Source: Klebsormidium nitens (lineage: Eukaryota > Plantae > Klebsormidiophyceae). From it: a stretch of DNA of 64,000 nucleotides. This document shows, piece by piece, positions 12,601 to 24,600 of the stretch. The stretch covers positions 62,001 through 126,000 of the forward strand of contig DF237045.1 in the NCBI GenBank assembly GCA_000708835.1, read 5' to 3'. How positions within the stretch are numbered: position 1 is the first letter of the stretch; the number at the start of each line of letters is the position of its first letter. The notes under the pieces are model-generated. The model ran no database searches and had not been told where the DNA came from. It was given only the letters and a program-made list of their open reading frames with translations. The translations under genes were made by a program, and so were the position numbers.

Positions 12601-15600
12601 GTAAGACCAGAAGAATAGGCGCAAACTCCACAGATTATACCTCGGTGTTTTGGCAAAGCGAACGCAGAAACATGGTACGCAAAACGGAGGGCACAACAGT
12701 AACGAGGCAGGAGAAGAAGCATACTACACATTTTCAATCTGACTTAATTCTCAGCAGGACCGAAGTTGCTCACACTGCTCCGAGGCAAATCCCAAGACCC
12801 AACGGCCACGCAAAATCAAAGCAAGTGGAATCTGGCCGTGTCGAGCATCCTTTGCGATGGGTTAAGAAAAAGAAGAAAAAACCATGCCCAAGACTACAGG
12901 CGATTGCGGAGGCTGTTTGCATCCGATGGAAAGCAGAGCCGCTCTTGCTTATTGCAGCCAGAAACTCTCGAAATGGCCATCGGACGATGATTCTGGCAGT
13001 TGGCTTTCCGCTATCAATGGTTTACGTCATAGCCACCTAAGACGGGCACGGACAGAGTGAGACAAGACAGTAATTCAAGGCCGTCACCACGAGCGAAGGT
13101 CTGACCGCCATTGCACCGCTTTTGCAATCGCAGCTCTTAGACCACAGACTTCAACGTCAACGTGGGCAACCTTATGGAAACACAATTAGCGCTAAAAGGC
13201 GCAGCGTAGGCGACTCAGCTGCGTCTCTAGTTGGCCAAAATTTGCGATAGGAAAGGCCGCATGAATTAAAGCCAAACCTTGAAAGTTTCCCACAATCTTT
13301 CCTAAAGATCAGGAAAATGGGCAGCAGTAACCACAAAACAATTGGGGTCCCAGAATGCAGTCTGCACCAAAACAAGATCTAGGGAAAATCGAAAGGTCAC
13401 AGGACTTCAGACGAGTCTTGTAGACCCGTTCGCAAGTGCACCCCTTGCAGGTGCGAGAAATGCTCCAAAGATGCTCCAAAACAAGGCACAACTCATGGGC
13501 TCATTTCAAACTTCGAGCAAGACCGTTGGTCTTCCACAAGACTGTTCCTGCTCAATCCACAAAGCAAGAAGGATAAGACGGAGGTGGCATCACCTTTCCA
13601 GAGCCAGACTGGCTTTCGCCATGTTGCACTTTCCATCACAGCCACCGCACTGTGCCGTCAGTGGTGTTTTGCGAAAGGGGCATTCACCCAGTGAAGACCG
13701 CCGTGACTAGCTATTAAAATGCTTCAACACAATCCTGCGGTTTTCTTAAGGATTCCTCGGTTTGAAGATAATTGCAAGTCTCAACTCCGACGATGTCCGG
13801 AGTAGAAGTACTCGTACGCGATCCGTTATCGAGCTTCTCTGGGAAGCGCTTTTGTAGAACAAGATGCAGCTTCGGTAATTGTCAAAGCAAGTTTCAGTTG
13901 GGACCCCAGAAGATTGGCGACCACCGAACCCCCTTGAATGCACGAGGTAAGTTGAATACCTCCGCACTTTACATTGAAAGTGACTGGACTATATCACCGT
14001 CCCGGTGCCGACCCAGGCTCGACCAGCAACCTATCAAAGTTTCCGTGTCACGTCAGCTCCTGACAATTCGAGTAGGAGGAAGACAAGAATAAGACACAAG
14101 TGATACAGTGCGCTCAGAAAGAGGCTCGCAGCAGCACTTGCTAGAAGGAACACATGACCCGCTAGTGGCAATTCAACTACTTGACCCTCGTGTGACTTAC
14201 GCCACGCAGAAGGCTCATCACAGCCTCCAGAATTCCACAGTCGCACATTTAGCTACACACCGCCTACCCATGTGCCTTTCCGCACGCCATCATGAGACGG
14301 CCAAAGAAAGAGCACCGAAGCACTCGCTTAATCAGCGCCATTGACTTCTCTTTGAAACTCTCTGAAAGAACGCCAGCCAAATTCTCAAGTCTGAAACCGC
14401 CCCCACCTTTGGTGACCTGCTTCTTGGTGAGCTTTCCGAGCGGCATTTCCGAGAGGTTGATCTCGAACTCGAGCATGGTGGCCCGGTACGTCTCCAGGTC
14501 GAACAGCATCTTCATAAGCGACACCACGCGCGGGTCCAGCTGGCTGCGCGAACCGGGCGGCGCAGACGGGCCCGCACCTCCTTGACCCTCGTCTACGCCA
14601 TAGTCCTGAGAGGAGAAATGGTGATTCGGTTTGTTAACCTTTCAGACAGGTACATTTTATGCCCTCCAACTATATTTTCGTTGAGCGCAAAACGAGGGCG
14701 TTAACCGTGCTAGTTTACACCTGCCAGGCCGGTTAGCAAATTCATCAGTGACACCACCCAGGGGATCAGCTGGCTGCGCGAACCGGGCGGGGCGGACGGG
14801 CCAGCGCCTCCTTGACCCTCGTCCACACCGTAATCCTGAGTACACAAGATTGAATAATCAATGGTTTACCAACCCTTTGGATACTGGCCTATTTGTTGCC
14901 TTTTTGGTAAGGCCCACAGGCCAGCTTCGAACGTGCGCCTCAAAATTGTCGGAACTAGAGCGTGGCGAGATCCCCGTTCTTGTTGCACTTTCTCAGATGT
15001 CTTGCAACAATACTTCTGTAGGACGCAGCTTTCTCAGGTCAAGGACACCTCTTCCCTCGATCACTGCAGCCGCAACGGGGCCATAAGTGCCCACTCTACA
15101 TGCATAAAGAAGGTGCAAGAACCGGGCTGAGCCCCGAGTACTCGCCCAAGTCACTCGGGATCCAGGCAGGTAAGTCGTAGCGGGCACCTTCTGTAGTCAC
15201 AGCACCTGCCTGCGCCACTTGCAATCATGACAGCCAGCGAACCCTCTAGACAAAGCTGTCTCCAACGCTTCTGGGCACTCACGATGTCAAACGGGATATA
15301 CCTCCGGGGCGCCTTGTGCAGCTCCTGCTTCGCCTCCGCAACCTAACAATTAGCAGACCCCAATCAAGAAACCAAAAAGGTAAGAAAACATAATGCGCTT
15401 TCTCAAACCGCCCGGGAACTCACGATGTCGAGCGGGTAGAACTTTCCGGGTGCCTTGTGCAGCTCCTGCTTCGCCTCCCACGCTTCCCAATCATTACCGG
15501 TCTTCTCGCGGAAAAGCCGTTTGAACTGAACGATCGCCTCCGCCTTGGGCAGCCGCTCGAGCTTCTGCGACCCGATGCGCTCGTTGCCAACGCGGCCCCA

Positions 15601-18600
15601 CTTGCGGAACACGTGGACGGCTTTGTTGGAGTCTTCCTCGATCAGCTGCAGAATGTAGTAACTGCGAGAAGCGGAAAGCGAACTCATTCACCTCGTTGGC
15701 GGTTCAAACGGTCTTGCATTCAACTTGACAGCAGGGAATCGGTTACCACAATGAATAACGTGAATTCAGAACAGACTTTGAAAGGCGCAGTTTTTGTAGG
15801 ATTGTTCGCTTGGTCAATGAGCAAAGCATCACCGATCGAGCAATCCAAGTTCGAGGTCCGGTGAGAAGTTACGCCCACTGACGCCAACAAAATTTGCGTG
15901 CGAAAGAGTCGTTGCGCCTGTGCATGAGGAACACTCGTGTCCAGTGAGTCAAACATCTTTCGAGCGAGGTCACCGTTTAAGATTAATCCAATCGTGAATC
16001 CTACGGCATCCAAAGGAACCCCTTCAAACCCCGGTCCTCGTGAAGAGCAGAGGCCAGTCCTTGGGAATCGCTGCAGACTCCTCGACCTTCTGTGTGCATT
16101 GCAGGGTTCAAAGTCACCTATTGATGCCCGACGCCATGTCGGACATGTTGAGCGTGGTGTTGTAGATGCTCTTCCCCGCCTCCAGGATGTGCCCCGTCTC
16201 TTGCAGGCCCGACGCCTCGTGCACCGCGCTGCGGCCCTTCACCTTCACGGTTGACACGCCCTTGTTCTCGATCATGTACTCTTTCAGGTCCAACCGCTGG
16301 TGCTTCTCGACGCTGTCCATGAGGAACGTCTCGAAGACGATGGGGATGCGCAGCTCCCTGNNNNNNNNNNNNNNNNNNNNCCGGAGATATCAAAAGGTTT
16401 TCTCTTGAGTATCTTAAGGACGGAAAATCCGCGTGAAGATTTCCTTCTTTGAGCAAGCTGCTCTTGCTTTTCAGCGCTGGTCGTGAGAAACGCTCCAAAG
16501 ACGAGGGGGTTGTGCAGATCCATGCGGGGAGGAAAGGAGAAAGGTCTAACTGTAGTGTCTTGAGGGACATGAAATGAAACTACATGCGCTTCTTTGACAG
16601 CGAGCCGCTGGCACTTCTCAACACTGTCCGTGAGGAACATCTCAGAAAGGATCGGGATGCGCAGCTACTTATGGAGAAAGAATTTTGAACCGTTGCTCGT
16701 ACTTTCTTGGCAAAAGAGACGAACGTCGTGATCCGGTTTTTGAGAAGAGCTGTCGGTGAGAGAACGGCTAAGAGACGTTGGGATGCGCAGCTCCTTGCGA
16801 GAAGGAGCTTGTCACGCTTTGTTCGAAACGCTTGATGGGTGGTGGTTGGTCGTAAGTCGACAAACGTGCAGCACCGTCCAGTCATATGCCGAGGCACTGT
16901 AGGGCCATTCTTGCATTCATAAGATTCGCATTGAAGGGGAAACATCGGAGGCAAGCAGCAAACTTCAGTCAGGAAAAAGTTGGCAGCCTGCAGAGACTCC
17001 ACACGTATCTGACCGCCTGCGCCCTTGTCTCGGAAACAACCAGGAGCTGACGTTAGCAGCGGAACGACCCACCTGGCTTGAACCACCTTGCCGTTGCCCT
17101 TCTCTTTCTCGGCCTCGTCTGGAGTGGTTACTAAGCAGGTCACGTCTGCACAAATCACGAAAAGGGTGGTTTTCCTGATCAGCAATGATAAACAGCGCTC
17201 AGAACATAAAAAGCTTCGACTCTATCGTACTCTTCTCTTCAACTATACAGCTTTTTGGTTTTGAAGGACAAACAGGGAGAGCGCGTTCTGTCAGAGTTGC
17301 CTGTATGCCTTCCCCGTCACAATGTGCAGTCCTCAAACGAACAACCAGTATCAATTGCACCATGTCATCTGCTGACGATTGTTGCATACAGCTGAGCAGA
17401 GACGAAAAGGCTTTTTAAGCGATGACAGAGACTCCGGCGCTGGTTGCCAAAAGGATGGTGAAAGAAAAGACCCACCTCTGCTCATGCGCGAAGCTATCTC
17501 GCCCCCTGCTTTTTGAATGAGCTCTTTGAGCTCTTGCTGCAACAGCAAGACAAGGACACTCCTTCAGGGAACTCTCCTCCAATGCAGACCACACACATCT
17601 TTTGCAGTGGCAGGAAGCCAAAAGCCCCGTCGTATTTGGGGATAAGCCAGGGAAAAGATCACTCGTATATGTGCATCGTTGGATTGTTGGACATTGAGTC
17701 CAGGGATTTCTAGATTTTGAGAACTTTGAAACCCGTTTGAAGCTTTTTCTCCTAACCTGAACTAGGTTATTACAGCCTTTCTTACGGTTGGATCCACAGG
17801 AGCAAGACTTTCAGCCGTCTTAAAGGTCCCGTGACTGAAATTACTCGAGGAATCAAGGACCACGATGAGACGACCATCACGATACATCCGCGATTTTGGC
17901 AAAGCAAACTTCTACGACGGGCACAAAGGCGTACCTGGTTGTGTTTCAAGTGCCCCGCCACAGCAATCCGCATACCCGTCAGCGGCAAGTTCGCAAAGGC
18001 CTTCTGCTCGACAGGATCCGCCGCCACCGTCGATGCCCCGCCCTCAGTCTTCGTCTTCTTCGTCGGAGGAGGCCCCCGGTTTGGCGGCAGGATGCGGTCG
18101 GGGCGCTGCTTGCTCTTCTTCTGCTTCTGAAACCACTGCAAAGGGAAAGCGCTCTGGGTTCAGTTTCAGCCGCAGAAACGCTCCGCGATCTTGCTTTTTC
18201 TATCTTCATAGAAGGGCGCACTTTCATTAGAAAAGACTGAGCGGCACTTCCGTGGTTCTCGAAGACATGAAGCTAGTCTATGCAGAAAAAGAGGTCTTCC
18301 ACGCAGCTGATAAAAGAGCGAACGTGAGAAAGGAGGCGAAAGAGCCGTGAAACCCTTCACTCGGCCCCAGGCCTTCAAAGTGGGCTTATGAGAACGGCCA
18401 GGTATTGCGAAGCGTGAGAACTGGGTCCACCATGGCGGCAGCTGTGTGCGTGCGCTTGATATGGGAAGGCCCAAATCAAATACCGCCTTACAAGTAAGTC
18501 AAAGCCTCAGTGTAACGGCAGCTCGTTCTACGCAGATTGACTATGAGCCAGGGACTGCTCAAATTGCATGTTCGTCAGTGCCGTCGTTACGACACCTATA

Positions 18601-21600
18601 GAAATCACAAGAACATTCAAGTCGCACGGTTTATCTCGTCCGTGGAGTGCTGTTATCGTTCGCAACTCTAGAGACCGACTGCAATGGGCCAATCCGCTCA
18701 TGGAGTTGTGCAAAATTTGAGCAACGAGACTGCTCAGCACTTGCTGCAATCGTTGCTGACGTCACAGGGACAGGGATCCCCCGACCATCAAAGATAACCT
18801 TTCGAGTATTTTACACTGTCAGGGCACGTTCTCCGGGCTTTGCACAGCAAGAAAGACGTCTCGTGCACAGACTCGTGCAGCGAATGCAAGCAAAGCGATA
18901 ACGCCCGGGCTTGTTTAAAGATGCAATTGGAGAGGAGAAACCGGAATTTGTCAACACGAAAGAGATTCTGAATCGTACTATACGAGGAACAAAAGTCCGA
19001 CCAGAGAGGCGTTGGCACAAGAAATTGGTACATCAAGCAGCTCACAGCGGCCATGCACCGAATGACAGTGTTTCTGCCCAGCTGTTTCCAGTCTTTGCTA
19101 CAGGGGGACGAGAAGGAAGCCACGACCTAGATTGAGAACGGCAGGGGGTCAAGCCTACAACGAGGCCGATCATTCGACCGTGGCCAAACGATTACGGACC
19201 TCAAAAGCGCGCCAACGAGCAGCCAAATGGTCAAACACGCGCCGCGTGCGAGGTTATGTTTGCGAGTAGATGGCTTATCCAGCAAGGGCTTGCACTGTAA
19301 TGGGGAATATAAATACCTTTCCGTGTCCTCAGACCGAATGCAAACAGAGCACATGACCGTATGGCAAGCGCCCCAGAGCTGCTATTCCGAAGGACTGTTG
19401 TTCTCATAGACAACTCAACCGGAGGAAAGTCATGATGAGCGTGGAGGCTGCTAATCTGGATACTTGGGGTGACGGTGACGGTAAGCGGACTTGGCAATAC
19501 ATGGCAGCTCAGGCAACTAGCTATTGGTAAGCACGGAAACTGCTCACCCTTCTTCGTATCATTGCTGACAGGAAAAAATGGGGGCGATGGTGACCCTATA
19601 TCAACCCAGCAAGGGAGTGATCCTACACGATTAGCTGCCCCAAGAACGGAACAAGACAAGCTACGAAGGAAGCGGAAAAGTCGGTTGCATCATGCTTGTC
19701 AAAACAAGCTCGTCAGGAAGACTAGAGTGCATGCCTCAAAACTCAATGACACAGACCGGCTACAGTTAGGCAACAAGATAGCGCAGGCCAGAGCGAGGAC
19801 GGTTTGAAAAAATATGACTGTAAAGAAGAAGCACGAGGGGGACGTTGTCCAGGCTTTTGCCAGTGAAGAAGTTGTCTTCAAAGGTTGATCAAGGAAAGTC
19901 ACCGGGCAAACTCTCATAACGATGTTGGTCTACCACAATCATTTCTCGCAGCCCCAGACGAGATGTACCTTGTTGCTGCAACGGCTCCGAGGGATCTTTG
20001 ACCGGACTATTTCTTTCGAGTATCTAAGCAGCCCTCATCATGAGAAAGCGCAACACTGCGGCTTGACTGACATGCCTGCCCCGTCAACAAACCCCATGAA
20101 AGCCTTTGCATGAAGAGCTGATCATACTAAAGGCTTAACCACAGCATGAAGTGAGTGGCTCAAGTGAGAGGTTTGCCGATTACAGAATGGGACTGCAATC
20201 GCTAAGCTCTCTTCACTGCCATCTTCCCTTGGCAAGGGAGGCACCGCGGAGTATCCTTGAGTAGAGGAAGGATGCGTTCGCGGCACGCACAGGGCTTTTA
20301 GGCTGAGCGCTTGAACAGAATGATAGCGAAACAGCAATTGTCTGAAGATGTGATGACTTGTACAATCGCACGATGTCCAGTAAAGTGACTCTCCTGTAAC
20401 GAGCAGCTTATTCACGAGCGGGTTCCCTGGCAACCAATGACAGGAGAATCTTCTCGCGAGTGAGATGAGCTCGGCCTACCAAGGCAGATGCTGCTGCTTT
20501 GGACTCCGTAACACAAAGAATTGCGAGCCTAGAAGTTCGCATGATATGGTGCCCCGAGAGCAGCCGACCAACTTATCAGATCTGATTGAGTAACATCAAG
20601 TGAAGATCATCAAATGGCTTCCGAAAGACAAGCATTTAATTTGGCATGAAGCTGCCGATCAGTCACGTTCTCGCCATGGCCATCAAGAAAACGAACATCT
20701 TTTTGCAAATTCCGAGTGACTACATAGCACCGAAACCAAAAGCAGGGCACCGAAGTGCAAGTCCGACCATGAAACGATATGAGCACCATTTCAAGGAGTT
20801 GGAGGAAAGCTTCGCATAATACGTGGCACCAAGTTGCCTCAAGAAGGGCCCCGCAATTGCAACGGAAGTTGATTGCAAAGAGAATTAGCTCTGCTTGCAG
20901 CCGCAGAAACGCTCGCGATATTGGTGACTTGTATCCAGAAAGGGCGCGGAATCGAGAAAGACTAATGCGTGAGGAGCACTTTCACGATCCAAAGAAGCCG
21001 CTCTCCTAACGGGTGAAAGCTTTGGAACGCAGCGTGAGAAGAAACTGCATTGGAAGAGAAGGCAAAAGGGCCTTTCGAAACGCTCCAGTTCCTGCCGAGA
21101 TGAAACGCTGTCACAAGCGAACAAATGGTGAAGTCAACCGGCAGAAACAGTCTGGAAGGAAAGTCGGAGCCTCAATGTCACGGCAGCTCGTACAGTCGTC
21201 TTCACGATGAGCCGGGGGCTGCTCAAATCCGATGCTCGTCATTGCTATCGTCACCAGCCGAATTGAAATTTTGCACTTAAGCTCGACACAAACACAAGAT
21301 GGACACTAACCTCACAGAGTCAACGTCCAACAATCAGGCGACTATCTTTCAAGCACTCTGTAGAATTGAGCGAAACGAGCAACACAACTCATGGATGAGA
21401 CCTAACTTGAGCACCGAGACTGCTCAGTCCTTGCCGCAGTCATTGCTGACGTCACAAGGCCAGGTTTCGCTTAAACCGTGAAAGAGACGTTTCAAGTAAT
21501 TTACAACAACGCTTTTCACTCTCATAGATAAACGTGTCCTGCACAAACGAGGCAAGTATCGAGTCCCATCCGTCGAGCAGCTCAGAAACATCAGCACTGT

Positions 21601-24600
21601 AGGCAATGGTCTCATCGTCTGCGCCACGTTTTTTCATTCTTGGCAGAAATGGGAGCCCAAGAGCAGGAACTCACGACCACGAGTTTATGTCAGCGGGAAC
21701 CGGAGCGGAGACTACAAGGAGGAGAATTTGGAGGGAGCCATCTTGTACAATACACCGGTCCTTTGAGCTTTTGTTTTCGAAGCGGTTGCTGATCCAGCAT
21801 TTACTTGCATCCTGGGAAACCCTGGTGTTCACAGACCAGAGAAAGCTCGTGGTTTCCAAGCGTAACACCAGCATACATAAAGAGCTTTGATCCAGATCGG
21901 TGTTGCTCTCTAATATGGCAGCTCAGGTGTAGCAGAGATGGTGGGCGCGGAGGCGGCTCACCAGTTTTTTGAATCCTTGCTGACCTAACCATCGGGGCTA
22001 TCGATAAAAGTAAGCTCCTCAAAACATTTCATGATTTGATGGCTGCTCCAACAATACGAAAATGAGCAGCGGCAAAGGCGGATCCATAGCCTCATCAACT
22101 TCTAAAACGAGCTTAACTGAGAGTCAGCGAACCGCTGCTTGGCTAAGAAGGTGGTGCAAATAATCAAATGAACAGACTCGTCCAGTTGGTTTGAGGATAC
22201 TCTTCACAAACAAACCAGAAAAGCGCCAGACCATGAGGGTGTGTTCGCGACTCTATCTAGCGAGCGACCGTCCTTGTAGAAGAAGCAGAACTCTTGCTGC
22301 AGAAACGCAGATGCAAGGTGTGGTTTACCAAAGACCTACTTCTGTGGTGAGACGGAGCAATGAACTGTTTGAAATGTGCCTTCGAGTAATGAAGCGGCCC
22401 CGATGAAGGAGAAGTGTACCAGTTCTCCTTGATTACCCTGCCCTATCAACGAAGCCACTGAAAGCCTCAATGTTGAGGTCTGAATATTCCAGCGTCTGCG
22501 CAGTGCTCAATCTGATTGGCTCAGGAGAGGTGAACTACCATGGCAACAAATTTGCCGACGTCGACTTCTCGTCAATGCCATCCACTCTTGACCGACGCTC
22601 CTCCCAAACCCAACTGCCGACCGGTCACTCTTTGGAACTTCCACACCCTCTTTCTCCTCTAATGAGGGCAATCAAATCAAGGTGTGTCATATGATCCGAT
22701 CTCATGTCGTTCATTACCCTAAAGAGCTTGCGAAGCAAGCGCTGTGGTGTGACAGCGCATCCAAATAGCTATACGCTTCAAGGTATGCATAGGACTGATC
22801 AAGCAAAAGGCTCATAACCACTGAGTGAATAGTTGACCAATTACGGATTTCATTGCTTGTACAGCCGCAAACAAGCGTAATCGACAAGGTTAGCTTCCCG
22901 TGTTGAGCAGCTCATGAAGTATGTCACTGCCTGACAACTGGTGCTGCCATCACTGTTAGAATCAAGGCTTGCACTGCGCGTTTTACCGCCTCAAAATCCT
23001 GAATGCAACGATTTCAAGAAACCGGCTGGCAGGGTGACTGCCGGCTGCGATTGAAAGAAAGTAAAAAGAAGCACAAGTGCATCAAGAAAAGAAGTTGCAT
23101 TAGCGACGGAGCCTGAGTCGGAGGTCTTATTGTCGAAGCATGTTCGTCTACGTGTGATTTTGCGTTTGCAAGGAAACAAGACCACTCGGCCGCACACTTC
23201 ATCCAACAAGCAGCCCGCAGACCTGACAACTTGTTTACTACGGTGAAGAAGCTCAAATTCAGATAGTTTCTATCCGACAACCGCTCCTTCGAAAACGGCC
23301 GTCGCTTATGAAGCACTATGCAATCCCGTTAAACGAAGGAGAGCTGTAATCTCATTGGCCAGCGCCTGCCGACATGGCGGGAATGCGACTGACAAGGAGA
23401 ACGTCGCAACAAACACAACGGGCGGCGTTGGCATGAAGTGAACTTTCCATCGGTCAGATCGAAATACTTGGGGAAAACGCGTGTTCTTGTCAACCGCCCG
23501 TGTCCTAGAAAATGGGCTAAAACCTGCTTATTTGGTTTTCCACAACGACGTACTTACAAGAAAAGGTGCCTCGTCGGACGAGACGGCTGCTTTAGGAGAT
23601 AGTAACAGACGAGAGGGCTCCTTTAGACGGTAGTGAAACAGAAGAGTTTGTTTTCATTTCTCGCCTGATCTGCTGCCCCAAGAGCAGCCGACCAACTTGT
23701 CAGATTCATCCCCAGGAAACCAGCAATACACTGAACACACGCAAGTGGCTTCCGAGGGGAATACTATCGGAGGCTCTGTCGGCATGAAGCTGCCGATTGA
23801 CATGCTCTCGACATGGCCAACAACAACCATAGAATGATGCAGCCACTGAACGGCTTATTGGCACCGCATCCAGAAAGCAGGCCAATTGACTCTCCAGTAC
23901 AAACCCAAAGGTACTCCAAGCACAGCCAAGTGGCATCCGATGGACCTTCGTGCCGATGGTAAGTGGCACGACTTGCGAGTCAAGCTCTCGTCATGGCCTA
24001 TGGCAGCTCAAAGAGAAAGATGCGAGCACAACGAGGAAAAGTCCGCTCTGCTTAGACGAAATACTCCGTGCCCCGAGACTCTCTAAAACGTTTCTTAAAC
24101 GAAGGCGCAACTCGTTTCGAATCTACTTCACGCATAATCTGCTAAATCATCCTGCTCCATGATGTGGACACACAAGCAAGCTAAAAATGACAGGCAACAA
24201 TAGCTTCACGAGCAAAGAATGGAATACAAACTTGAGGTGTGGCGGTTAAAAGACACGCTTTCTATAAAGCATGGGCTATTAAGTCGTTTACATCATCAGC
24301 TATTCAGCACCAGAGTGCTGACCGAGCTTTTTCTCATTGCCTTACTGTCGGTTTGCTTGTCAAAAACGTTATTCGCAAAGCTTGCGTTTGCAAGTAGCAG
24401 ATAGGAACCAGGACATCTTCTGTGCGCGGCTGGTAACAAGGAACTGAAACCAAGAACTCAAATTTCCGCTGTTCTACAGCATATATAAAAAGCAAATGCA
24501 CACGCAGCGGGAGCAACTGTTTAGAAGACTAGTTGAAGGATAGATGAAACCAAGAAACGCCCACTAGCGGTTACACAGAGAACTACTGCAGGCCTTTCTG

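Noticed and set aside
12423-13040. 205-aa ORF antisense within PARP1 intron 12
   Set aside because: No recognisable domain, no high-GC3 codon bias and no convincing splice context. Probably a chance ORF.
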